Of a DNA stretch of 64,000 bases, positions 19,505 to 28,445 are shown in pieces (position 1 is the stretch's first letter; each line of letters opens with the position of its first letter). The DNA is taken from assembly GCA_042218075.1 (NCBI GenBank), contig JBDGRK010000009.1, positions 1-64,000 of the forward strand, read 5' to 3'. Position numbers and translations under genes: made by a program. The notes beneath the pieces are model-generated. The model saw nothing but the letters and a program-made list of their open reading frames with translations, did not search any database and had not been told where the DNA came from. This DNA comes from Candidatus Nanohaloarchaea archaeon (GTDB taxonomy: Archaea > Nanohalarchaeota > Nanosalinia > Nanosalinales > Nanosalinaceae).

Positions 19505-19672
19505 TTACACGTCTCTTGCCTTGACTGTCCTGCGTCCGTTTTCTTCCGCTCTCTCTACTGCCCTGTCGATCATGTCCTGTACTCTGTCGTCTAGAGCATC
19601 GTAGAAGTCGGAGCCCACGTTGACTCCGGAAGCGGCGTCACGGACGCCTGATTTTTTAAGTACATCTACCAT
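19505..19672 (-). CDS. small histone-fold protein (DUF1931-like / face-to-face histone type)
   Basis: Manual translation MVDVLKKSGVRDAASGVNVGSDFYDALDDRVQDMIDRAVERAEENGRRTVKARDV; RxTV..RD C-terminus; below the ORF-track size cut-off. Confidence 0.88.
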   Translation of the reverse strand: MVDVLKKSGVRDAASGVNVGSDFYDALDDRVQDMIDRAVERAEENGRRTVKARDV

Positions 19673-19805
19673 GGTAATCAACCATTACCGTATTGGCTGT
19701 CGGCTTTTTTATACATGTGGGCTTTAACCCTTCAAAAAGACTTAAATAGGAGCCAGTGAAGCAGTATTTTACTACAGATGTGTGAAAAAGGGGTTAAGGC
19801 GGTTT

Positions 19806-20660
19806 TTAAAGCCTGCGCTTGAGCCTCAACACCAATCTATAGAGCAGGTAAATAGCCGCGAAAGGAACTATGTAGGCTCCTCCAACTATCATGAGTCTTA
19901 TGCCCTTGAATAAACCCCTGTAGGCATCCGAAAAAGTTTCCCTGAGGTCGAACCTTGACTGGAAGCCCTGGGGTCCTTCCAAATCTATATAAAATCTCGA
20001 GTACTGGACATCCTCTTTTAGCTCTTCGAACCTCTGCGTCTTGTAGTCAAGCCGGCTTCTTATCTCTGACATCCTCTCCTGAAGCTTTATCAGCGTTTTA
20101 ACCTTTTTAGTTCGGTTCATTAGTTCTTCCAGCCTTCTCTGCTCCTTCCTTAAACTCTCTATCTCCGCCTCCAGCTCGCTGTAGGAATCAGAAACATCTC
20201 TTCTATCCACATTTTTCGAACGGATTTTCCATCTCTCCAGATTCTTCTCGAATTCGGAAAGATTGCTGTCAGGTACTTTGACTGTCATGCTTCCACGGTT
20301 CTCCCGATCCCTTTCAATCGAGCTTGACTCCACGAAGCCTCCGTAATCCTCAACAGCTGAACTTATTTTTTCCATAGAAGACTCAACATCACCCACCTTC
20401 AGAGTCGCACGCACGGTCGTAACAATCTTTTCTCCGGATGGAGATGCTGAATCACTCTGCTTTTCCCGACCTCCAGAGCCTGATAGAGCCACAGCATCCC
20501 TATCGGAGCTGTACTCCCTTGCATCTCCTGAAGCTGCCTGGGACATTCCTGAAAAAGAGGATGCAATTAATCCAGCTGCCAGGACTACAGCAAGTAATCC
20601 AAAAATTCTGAATCTTCTGTCCATCTCCTGAAATTTCTTTTTTACTTTCATACCCATCAT
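19806..20660 (-). CDS. DUF4349 domain membrane protein
   Basis: N-terminal TM; GGFVESS, TVKVP and DVSDSY coiled coil; C-terminal TM; start uncertain. Confidence 0.8.
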   Translation of the reverse strand: MMGMKVKKKFQEMDRRFRIFGLLAVVLAAGLIASSFSGMSQAASGDAREYSSDRDAVALSGSGGREKQSDSASPSGEKIVTTVRATLKVGDVESSMEKISSAVEDYGGFVESSSIERDRENRGSMTVKVPDSNLSEFEKNLERWKIRSKNVDRRDVSDSYSELEAEIESLRKEQRRLEELMNRTKKVKTLIKLQERMSEIRSRLDYKTQRFEELKEDVQYSRFYIDLEGPQGFQSRFDLRETFSDAYRGLFKGIRLMIVGGAYIVPFAAIYLLYRLVLRLKRRL

Positions 20661-20694
20661 ATGCAGTTGCTCCGCTTTAAAAACATGAGGAGAC

Positions 20695-20712
20695 GTTCGA
20701 TCCAAGTCGAAC
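20695..20712. promoter_or_regulatory. operator between the divergent DUF4349 and ArsR genes
   Basis: GTTCGA-TCCAAG-TCGAAC inverted repeat lying between two TTTAAAAA boxes. Confidence 0.6.
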
Positions 20713-20756
20713 ATGTCTGGAAAGTTTAAAAATAGATTACCAAGAAAAAACATTCC

Positions 20757-21293
20757 ATGGAACTTGACTTCAAATCGGTTAGGGCACTTTCATCCCCAAC
20801 CAGGGTGAAGATTCTTAACCAGGTAATGGATAAAGAAGCGACGCCAACAAGACTGAGTGAAGAGCTGGGGAAAAGCAAGTCCACGATTTCCTCGCACCTG
20901 GATAAGCTGGTTGAAGCGGGTTTGATCGATAAAGATGAGGAAGAAGGCAGGAAGAGAGTGGTTTACAACCCGACCAGGAAGGCGGATGCTATAGTAAAGG
21001 GAAAGGAGAGGAAGGTCAAGTTCACTCTTGCATCTTCGGTGGTCTCAATGTTGGCAGGCCTGGCGCTTGTAGGAGGTTGGACTAGGGAGAAACTTGGTGG
21101 ATCTGGCGCGGCAGATCCCAATGCTGCGATGACAGCGACAGAGTTCGCAGCTGGATCAGCGAAAAACACCGGGCAGTCATCCGAGCTGGTAAACTTTTCA
21201 CCCGAGATTTTTCTTATCGCGGGAATCTTATTCCTTGGGATATCTGTTATCAGCTTTCTCTACGGTATCACCGTGAGAAAAATTTCAAGGTAA
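20757..21293 (+). CDS. ArsR-family wHTH regulator with two C-terminal TM helices
   Basis: ALSSPTRVKIL...SKSTISSHLDKLVEAGLI; hydrophobic C-terminal segments. Confidence 0.85.
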   Translation: MELDFKSVRALSSPTRVKILNQVMDKEATPTRLSEELGKSKSTISSHLDKLVEAGLIDKDEEEGRKRVVYNPTRKADAIVKGKERKVKFTLASSVVSMLAGLALVGGWTREKLGGSGAADPNAAMTATEFAAGSAKNTGQSSELVNFSPEIFLIAGILFLGISVISFLYGITVRKISR

Positions 21294-21309
21294 AAAAAAT
21301 CGGTAGATA

Positions 21310-21591
21310 TTGGAGTTTTCAAGGCTGAATAAGAAGAGGGGTGCAGTCGTTAAAGTATCTTCAAATTACGATAACATACTTGAGGAACTTGATCCGGATT
21401 ATGAAGTAGAAAAAATAGATGAGAAAGGAGGAACAGGCGCAAGATTACTGAGGTTAAGGGATGCACTGGATCAAGAAAAAAATATAGCATCGATAGAGCG
21501 TTTAGATAGGTTTGAAACCGTGTTACCTTACAGGGTTGCCTCGAGGCAACTGAGAAATTCAAGAAAAGTTGCGGATTCGGGAATATTTTAG
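21310..21591 (+). CDS. hypothetical protein or fragment
   Basis: 93-aa ORF with a TTG start; no motif. Confidence 0.35.
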   Translation: MEFSRLNKKRGAVVKVSSNYDNILEELDPDYEVEKIDEKGGTGARLLRLRDALDQEKNIASIERLDRFETVLPYRVASRQLRNSRKVADSGIF

Positions 21592-21673
21592 AACACTCAC
21601 AAGTTATTAAACGTTCAACAAATATAATTAAGTAGAAAACAATCTTTCACAATCTGGATCAAGTGCAAAAAAG

Positions 21674-22123
21674 ATGTCATCATGCGAATTATGCGGTAGA
21701 GACGTAGATTCTTTAAAAAAAGTTAAAATCGAAGGAGCGACTCTCAGCGTATGTGACAACTGCTCGGATATGGGAGAGCAAGTCAGCAAGACCAGCAGGA
21801 AGAGGTCACAGAGTACTTCTAGGTCGAAGAAAAGAAGCAGTGAAGAGATACTTATAAACAACTACGGCGAGAAACTGAAGAAGGCCAGGGAGTCGAAGCA
21901 GCTTTCGATAAAAGAGGTTGCCGAGGACCTGAACGAGAAGGAGTCACTGATCTCCAAGATTGAGAAGGAACAGCTGAAGCCCGACAAGCCGCTGGCAAGG
22001 AAGCTGGGAAAGAAGTTCGAACTTACACTTTACACAAATCCCGAGGTTAACGACTATTCGAGCCAGTCGGAAACAAGTAACAGGAAGGCTACAGTCGGAG
22101 ATGTCGCGGAGATAAACGATTAG
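21674..22123 (+). CDS. mbf1: archaeal multiprotein bridging factor aMBF1
   Basis: CELCG..IEGA..VCDNC zinc ribbon, HTH domain and C-terminal TVGDVA. Confidence 0.92.
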   Translation: MSSCELCGRDVDSLKKVKIEGATLSVCDNCSDMGEQVSKTSRKRSQSTSRSKKRSSEEILINNYGEKLKKARESKQLSIKEVAEDLNEKESLISKIEKEQLKPDKPLARKLGKKFELTLYTNPEVNDYSSQSETSNRKATVGDVAEIND

Positions 22124-22590
22124 GAAATCTTGAACTCGCCGTCAAGCACTAGATGCGACACCGTTCCAAGGAAGATTGCGATACCGGGCATAGATGACCC
22201 CAAGAATAGAACCGAGGCTATTGCGGTGATTGAAGCTGAGATAGCTGCAAACGAGAACGAGTGGGCGAAACCCCTGTGCCTGAAATTTATCGATCTGAAT
22301 GTAATATAGACAGTGAGGAATCCCAAAACGCCCAACAGAAATTTTTTCTCGAGCGAAACCTGAACTGTTGTAAAGAGAAAAGCTCCAAGAGATATTGCTG
22401 CAAGAGCTCTAACAGACCTGTGGATGTAAGAATTTTCGTGATCAATATCCGGCAGTATCGATCCCGCCGCCAGCGCTATAGAACCCGCGAAAGATTCGAG
22501 AAAGCCTAAAGAAAGAAAATCCTGCGCCAGATAGATCAGGATAATTCCGGACATGAAACCAAAGAGAACGTGTTCGGAGAAATCACCCAT
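22120..22590 (-). CDS. membrane-bound metal-dependent hydrolase (YdjM-like)
   Basis: LPDIDH, HRGFAHS and SHLVLD motifs. Confidence 0.85.
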   Translation of the reverse strand: MGDFSEHVLFGFMSGIILIYLAQDFLSLGFLESFAGSIALAAGSILPDIDHENSYIHRSVRALAAISLGAFLFTTVQVSLEKKFLLGVLGFLTVYITFRSINFRHRGFAHSFSFAAISASITAIASVLFLGSSMPGIAIFLGTVSHLVLDGEFKIS

Positions 22591-22594
22591 CAGA

Positions 22595-23464
22595 TCACTC
22601 TTCCATCTCGCCGTTACAGACCGCTCTCAGACCGTGCAAAACAGCTTCTTCCTCTAGAGAACATTTTTCTATAGATGGAATCCTGTTGACCACTTTATCC
22701 TCCAAATCGGTCTCAAGCGGATCAACTACTTTCCCGGGATGGTTCAGGGCGACAGCTCCACCCAAAACTATCTTACCGGGGTTGTATAGATCCACAAGAT
22801 TAGCAAAAGCCCTCGCATTCATCTCCCTCATCTGCTCCAGGGTTTCCATGGCAGCTTTATCCTCTTCATCTGCCATATCGAAAAGCTCCCTCGCATCATG
22901 AAAGCTTTCACCTGTTAGATGCTTGGCCAGTCTCGGGAGATTGTTCCCGGAGCAGTATGCCTCCCAGTGACCGTAGCATCCGCAGCCACACTCCAGACCG
23001 TTCTCCGCAACCTGCATGTGACCAACCTCGCCAAAGTTGCCGTTCCAGCCCTCTATAACATTTCCATCCACTACAACACCGGCACCTATTCCGGTTGAAA
23101 TGGTCACGTAAACCAGGTTCTCACAATCATGGTCGCCGTAAAAGTATTCGCCTATTACTGCTGATGTGCAGTCATTCACAATACTGACATCACCGAACTC
23201 CTCCAGGGGATCACCGATCTGGACCTCATCAATCGGAATGTTGGGAGGATAGAAAACTCCTTCATCCCTGTCAATCGGTCCCGCTGCTGCAACTGCCACA
23301 CGGTCGATAGATTCAATTTTTTCAGCTGAAAGATTTCCTTCGAGGCAGGAACCTATATCCTCCAGAAAATCCTTCGACTTGACCATCTGTACAATTTCAA
23401 AGTCGCCGTTCCCCACCCCTATCAACGTATTTGTCGCACCCACGTCAACGCAGAGGAACGCCAT
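22595..23464 (-). CDS. glk: ROK-family sugar kinase (glucokinase)
   Basis: VDVGAT, NDC, STGIGAG, GEVGH and CGCG..GHWEAYCSG motifs; start moved to MAFL. Confidence 0.88.
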   Translation of the reverse strand: MAFLCVDVGATNTLIGVGNGDFEIVQMVKSKDFLEDIGSCLEGNLSAEKIESIDRVAVAAAGPIDRDEGVFYPPNIPIDEVQIGDPLEEFGDVSIVNDCTSAVIGEYFYGDHDCENLVYVTISTGIGAGVVVDGNVIEGWNGNFGEVGHMQVAENGLECGCGCYGHWEAYCSGNNLPRLAKHLTGESFHDARELFDMADEEDKAAMETLEQMREMNARAFANLVDLYNPGKIVLGGAVALNHPGKVVDPLETDLEDKVVNRIPSIEKCSLEEEAVLHGLRAVCNGEMEE

Positions 23465-23767
23465 ACGATAGATCAGAATGGAGAGTTTTAATAAATTTCT
23501 CTGGATGCCAGGCCAATCTTTAGACAAGAGATAATCAAAACCGGAATATTCCAGAAAGGCCTGGTCTCAGCGAGATCATATACTGATAACGAGGATGATA
23601 CAGCTACGGAAGCTATGCTAACAATACTGGAAGGTCAGAGAAAAATTCAGGAGATGGAAGATTTACTATAGCGGTAGGTAAATTAATTCTCCCACGGCAG
23701 TCCCACAGCGATTTAAAAGTTTTCGCTCCAGAGTAGTGAACACACGCCACGTGATTCACAATGAAAG

Positions 23768-24101
23768 GTGACTGCGTTCACAACGGAAAAAGATTCAAAT
23801 GATCAAAATCTTCTAGACAGCTCCAGCTTTACCGATTCAGGACTTCCGGGAAAGGAAGTCCAGTGCGTTCACGTTTTCCGCAAAGGTTGACTCAAAGAGA
23901 AGGATAACTGTACCCGCGAGAATCAGGGACAGGCTCGGACTTGAGAAAGGAGACAAAGTCTGCCTCTCGATTGATTCCCGGAAAGTGATCAGGAAAGAAG
24001 TAGAAGATAGAGAGGAAGCTATCGAATTCATCCAGCAGCAGGATTCAGTCAGGAGTTTCAGCTTCAGAGATGGAGTGGTCGAGGTGGTGCTGGATGGGTG
24101 A
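23768..24101 (+). pseudogene. AbrB/MazE/SpoVT-family regulator interrupted near its 5' end
   Basis: The frame ending at TGA 24101 encodes FTFSAKVDSKRRITVPARIRDRLGLEKGDKV (AbrB signature) but has no start codon ahead of the domain after TAG 23814. The GTG at 23768 is out of frame by one base. Confidence 0.7.
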
Positions 24102-24906
24102 AAAGGACTACCTAGTTACTGATGATGTAGTTGAGACACTAACCAATAGATACGGTTTTGATCTCAGCTACCAGCAGAGAGATGAAATCCAGGAAGCAAC
24201 TGAGTTTGCGCTGGAAGAAGGAATGCCTGAAGTCATCCCGGATAACATGGATTTGACAGTCCTCGACGCAGAGGAGCTGATTCAGTGGGCGGAATCCGAA
24301 CTTGAAGATAAATACCTTCTGATCAGTATTGACGGCACCTATTATCCTGGAGGAAACTATGAGGGACTGGAAGTTGTGGAGCTTGGGCTGACGAGAGAGA
24401 CAGAACCCGATACCGGAGAATACTGGGTTAGATCAAGGGATCCAACTACCAGTTTCAAAGACGCGGTAGAGAGCATAGCAACAGATTATGAGTTTGTCCA
24501 GGTTTTCGATGGAGGGGCATTCACTGGCGGGACAATCAACCGAGTTACAGGAGAATTGAAGAACAGCGGAGTTGAAATTGAGAAAGCGGTCGTTCCAGTG
24601 GCTAACACAGATGCCGATATAGAGACGGATCGAGTTAGCATCTACAGGCGCTTTGACTTCGGGGACTGGCTGGAAGCGAGAGACATAGCTGCGATTGATG
24701 GAAGAAAAGTCCCCAGACAAGACAGGAAAGATCAGCCGAGAACTTTCATACCCTACTGGGAGGACCCGCAGGAAATGGCCTCTATCGGGGAAAAAGATCC
24801 TTCAAAGGCTGAAGATTTCGAGGAGCTGAGCCGTAGCCTGAATTCCGAAATTCAGGAGATAATCGGAGAGGAGGTGGGAAACCGTGTCGAGGCAGAATGG
24901 GATTGA
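24094..24906 (+). CDS. type I phosphoribosyltransferase-fold protein
   Basis: VQVFDGGAFTGGTI resembles the PRPP-binding loop; the ATG at 24094 follows GAGGTGG. Confidence 0.6.
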   Translation: MGEKDYLVTDDVVETLTNRYGFDLSYQQRDEIQEATEFALEEGMPEVIPDNMDLTVLDAEELIQWAESELEDKYLLISIDGTYYPGGNYEGLEVVELGLTRETEPDTGEYWVRSRDPTTSFKDAVESIATDYEFVQVFDGGAFTGGTINRVTGELKNSGVEIEKAVVPVANTDADIETDRVSIYRRFDFGDWLEARDIAAIDGRKVPRQDRKDQPRTFIPYWEDPQEMASIGEKDPSKAEDFEELSRSLNSEIQEIIGEEVGNRVEAEWD

Positions 24907-25537
24907 CCTCTCCGATTACCGTCTCCTTATCTTCGATATGGATGGTACACTTTACAGTCGGGAGGCCGAAAGCTTCGAAGAATCTTCTCTGGGGAAGAAA
25001 GTAAGATCCAGTAAGAGAAAGTTTCTGGAAGAAAGAGGTATGGAACCTGGTAAAGTTCTGCCCGAACTCAGGAAAAAGTATGGAAGAGAAACAAGTATCG
25101 GTCTGGAAGAGCAGTACGGGATTCCAAGAGATCTATACTTCAGGAAAGTGTGGGGAAGGCTGAAAGCTTCAGAGCATGTTGGAAATTATCCTGAAAACCT
25201 TGAAAGGAGAATGGAATCACTCGATCCCGAGGTTGCTCTGCTGACCAATGCACCGCGACAGTGGGCTACGAAGGTCATGGAATACCTGGAAATTACAGAA
25301 CAGGTGGACGCAGCTTTCTACGGTAATAGAAAACCCAAACCCCAGATTGAAGCATTTCAAGAGGTCCTGGATAGTTTCGAGACCTTTCCGGAGAACGCGA
25401 TGATGATAGGTGATGAAGAGATCGATATCCAGCCTGCAGAGAAGATCGGGATGGAAACCGTTTTGATAGCTTCAAGTAGAAAAGGCGGGAGTTCTTTCAC
25501 AGGTTTAGAAGAATTCTTCGAGGCGGTCAAAGGATGA
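24884..25537 (+). CDS. HAD hydrolase (pyrimidine 5'-nucleotidase-like)
   Basis: FDMDGTLY, LTNA, KPKP and IGD..D motifs. Confidence 0.85.
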   Translation: MSRQNGIDLSDYRLLIFDMDGTLYSREAESFEESSLGKKVRSSKRKFLEERGMEPGKVLPELRKKYGRETSIGLEEQYGIPRDLYFRKVWGRLKASEHVGNYPENLERRMESLDPEVALLTNAPRQWATKVMEYLEITEQVDAAFYGNRKPKPQIEAFQEVLDSFETFPENAMMIGDEEIDIQPAEKIGMETVLIASSRKGGSSFTGLEEFFEAVKG

Positions 25538-26442
25538 AAAAACTTGTTATCGACACGGATCCGGGCGTGGATGATGCTCTTGCAATAATCTACGCGAGCC
25601 AGAAAACTGAAATAGAAGCCATCACTACAGTTTGCGGTAACGTTGGACAGTCTCAGGCTCTGAGAAACGCCAATTTTCTGAGAGAACTGCTTGATCTCGA
25701 GACTGAAGTTTGCAGGGGATCTGAAAAACCTATAGAAAGAGACCTCGACAAACCTTCCTCCCATGGAAAAGCCGGGCTGGGAAACAGTACGCCTAGAAAG
25801 GATTACGAGCGAAGCAGCGGTGAAGCTGTCGAAAGGATTGTTTCCATGGCAGATCCAGACAGAGAACTTGTTGCTCTGGGGCCTTTAACCAACATCTGCA
25901 AAGCTGTGAAGAGAGAACCCGGAATACTTACTGAATACGGCTCTTTCACACTTATGGGTGGCGCCATCAGGACGGCCGGCAACATAAACAGGGTGGCGGA
26001 ATACAACTTCTGGGCTGATCCGGAAGCAGCTGATAAAACCCTTAGAGACTCCGGATATTCACGGATAGTTCCGGTCAACCTCTGCAGAAAGACTTGCCTC
26101 GACCTGGAGTTTATGTCTGAATTGCCCCAGGAATTGAGAGAGATTTCCGAACCCTACATTCGCTATTACAGGCAGAAGAAAAATAAGAAGGGTGGAGTGA
26201 TGTATGACCCGCTCACAGTTGGCCTGGCTTTAAACCCGGAACTGGGCGCCAGGGAGAGGTTAGATATCAGGGTTGAAACCAGGGGTAAATACACGAGAGG
26301 TATGGCAGTTACCGAGCAAAGAGATAGTGAGAAGGAGGAAAACTGTGAAGTATTCACTGGTGCGGAAACCGATAAGATACAGGGAGATTTCCAAGATTGT
26401 TTAAAATCAGCATCCGAAGATTTCAATAAGAGCATAAAATGA
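25534..26442 (+). CDS. inosine-uridine-preferring nucleoside hydrolase
   Basis: DTDPGVDD, GNV, LGPLTN, MGG and AEYNFWADPEAA motifs. Confidence 0.92.
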   Translation: MKKLVIDTDPGVDDALAIIYASQKTEIEAITTVCGNVGQSQALRNANFLRELLDLETEVCRGSEKPIERDLDKPSSHGKAGLGNSTPRKDYERSSGEAVERIVSMADPDRELVALGPLTNICKAVKREPGILTEYGSFTLMGGAIRTAGNINRVAEYNFWADPEAADKTLRDSGYSRIVPVNLCRKTCLDLEFMSELPQELREISEPYIRYYRQKKNKKGGVMYDPLTVGLALNPELGARERLDIRVETRGKYTRGMAVTEQRDSEKEENCEVFTGAETDKIQGDFQDCLKSASEDFNKSIK

Positions 26443-27728
26443 CAGAGATAAACCTCGACTCACTCAAAGGAATGTACGACCGCTATCCTGAAGAGTGGAA
26501 GACCTGGAAGTATATTATGGAAGTGGTTGAGGAGACTGCGGAAGAGTTCGGCTTCCGGGAGATCGATTTTCCGAACGTCGAGAGACAGGAGCTCTGGACT
26601 TCCAAGGAGAGCAACGAGATTCTGGATCAGATGTACGCCTTCGAGGATAGGGGTGGAGAGAAAGTTACGCTTGTGCCTGAGCAGACACCCAGCAAGGCGA
26701 GGCTGATCCAGAAGAGAAAGAACCTGAAGAAGCCGGTGAAGTGGATGTGCACCTCTAGAGCCTATAGATACGAGGAGGTGAAGAGAGGTCGCGACAGGGA
26801 GTTCAGGCAGTCCGACTTCGATATCTTTGGAGTGGAGTCAGTGGAGGCAGACGCAGAGATAATAGCGGTCGCAGCCACGGTATTCAAAAAACTGGGCCTG
26901 GAGGACAGAGTGGACTTCAGGATGAATGATCGCCAGCTCCTGGAATCGCTGCTTGAATCCCAGGGTATAGAGAAGACCGAGGAAGCGATGAAAGTAATAG
27001 ATGACAGGGAGAAGATGAATAGGCAAGAATTCCTTGAAGACCTGATGGATAGAGGATTATCGAAGGAGGAAGCTGAAAAAGTGGAGGAAGTCACGGATAT
27101 CTCCGGTCCGATAAACGAGAAGATTGAGGAACTCAGGCAAAAGGCGCCTGAAGAGGTTGAGGAATCCGTTGAAAGGATGGAGAGTCTTGCAGAGGCGCTG
27201 GAATCCTACGGAGTCGCTGAGATGTGCAGGATTGATTTATCGATCGTCAGAGGTCTGGCATACTACACAGGACTTGTATTCGAGGCTTTCGATTCAGAAG
27301 GAGAGCTGCGAGCACTCTTCGGAGGAGGCCGCTACGACAACCTTGTCGGAGAGTTTGGGGAACAGGATATTCCTGCAATAGGTTTTGGTTTCGGTTACTC
27401 TCCGACAATCGAGCTGCTGAAGAGAGAGGATCGATACCCTCTGAAAGAGATACAGACGGATGTATACGTTCTGTCGGTCAGCGAATCGGTGAGAGACACT
27501 GCCCTCGACTTCGCAACCAGGTTGAGGCGGAAAGGGCTAACAGTGGAGACCGATCTATCCGGAAGAAGTTTCGGTGAACAGCTGGAGTACGCTGATGCGA
27601 TGAATGCGGAAAAAGTTCTGATCGTGGGTGAGAGAGACCTGGAGAATGATGAAGTAACTCTTAAAGACATGGAGACCGGCGAGGAAGAAAAAGTGGATAG
27701 AGAGAAAGCAATCAAGAGGCTGGAATAG
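26439..27728 (+). CDS. hisS: histidyl-tRNA synthetase
   Basis: YRYE..RGRDREFRQ, RGLAYYTG and GGGRYD motifs; anticodon-binding domain. Confidence 0.95.
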   Translation: MTEINLDSLKGMYDRYPEEWKTWKYIMEVVEETAEEFGFREIDFPNVERQELWTSKESNEILDQMYAFEDRGGEKVTLVPEQTPSKARLIQKRKNLKKPVKWMCTSRAYRYEEVKRGRDREFRQSDFDIFGVESVEADAEIIAVAATVFKKLGLEDRVDFRMNDRQLLESLLESQGIEKTEEAMKVIDDREKMNRQEFLEDLMDRGLSKEEAEKVEEVTDISGPINEKIEELRQKAPEEVEESVERMESLAEALESYGVAEMCRIDLSIVRGLAYYTGLVFEAFDSEGELRALFGGGRYDNLVGEFGEQDIPAIGFGFGYSPTIELLKREDRYPLKEIQTDVYVLSVSESVRDTALDFATRLRRKGLTVETDLSGRSFGEQLEYADAMNAEKVLIVGERDLENDEVTLKDMETGEEEKVDREKAIKRLE

Positions 27729-27737
27729 ATTTCGGCC

Positions 27738-28013
27738 CTAAGTTGCCTCCAGAAATTTATCTCCCAACTCAATATTCATGGCATTCGCAAGGCTCTGGTA
27801 GTCCTCGGCAATTGAATCTGCATTATCCTGACTGTAAAACATATAGGCCACAACTATATCTTCCAGATTTACTTTCTCCCTAGTCGCGTAATCTATCGCA
27901 GCTGAAAGATCTCCTTTGCCCGAGTTGTAGGCCTCATCGAGTTCCCTGAAAACAAATTCCAGGCCACTATACTCTAGGGAGGTTTTTTGATCCACAAATA
28001 CAATTATCTGCAA
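27738..28013 (-). CDS. hypothetical protein
   Basis: 91-aa acidic ORF with a TTG start. Confidence 0.45.
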   Translation of the reverse strand: MQIIVFVDQKTSLEYSGLEFVFRELDEAYNSGKGDLSAAIDYATREKVNLEDIVVAYMFYSQDNADSIAEDYQSLANAMNIELGDKFLEAT

Positions 28014-28022
28014 AAATTTAAA

Positions 28023-28406
28023 TTAGGCAAACTCTCCCAGGTTCTGCTGTCTCTCCCTCTTCTCCTCCATGAAGAAGTTGTACTCCCTGACGATCCATCT
28101 CATCAGCATGTCAACCACTGACTCCAACTGTGAATCAGTCAGCTCACTGTCAGGTCTTATCCTGTGTGCCATAAAGAGCTGCTCACGAGAGGCTGCGTTG
28201 CACGCATGCATAGCCTTGTAGACAGGATTTCCTGCCTTCGGAACTTTTTCCTGATCATCTTCCTGAGAGTCACGTAAATTCTCCTTAACTATCATTTCAG
28301 CATGCTCTCTGATCTGATCAATCCCCAGTTTTCTTATTAACTCTATGTCCTGCTGCTCCAGTCTCTCACGTTCAATATCTCTTCCTGGGAGTTTCAGTTT
28401 TCTCAT
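28023..28406 (-). CDS. DUF4186 family protein
   Basis: PVYKAMHA...R..L...H.I...ELT....V...MRWI pattern. Confidence 0.7.
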   Translation of the reverse strand: MRKLKLPGRDIERERLEQQDIELIRKLGIDQIREHAEMIVKENLRDSQEDDQEKVPKAGNPVYKAMHACNAASREQLFMAHRIRPDSELTDSQLESVVDMLMRWIVREYNFFMEEKRERQQNLGEFA

Positions 28407-28445
28407 AAAACATATTTGATTTGAAATGATAAAAGACTCGTCAAT

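Noticed and set aside
23501-23671. Start-less frame LDARPIFRQEIIKTG...
   Set aside because: It may be the tail of a nucleotidyltransferase gene, but it is too short and has no start codon, so a call is not supported.
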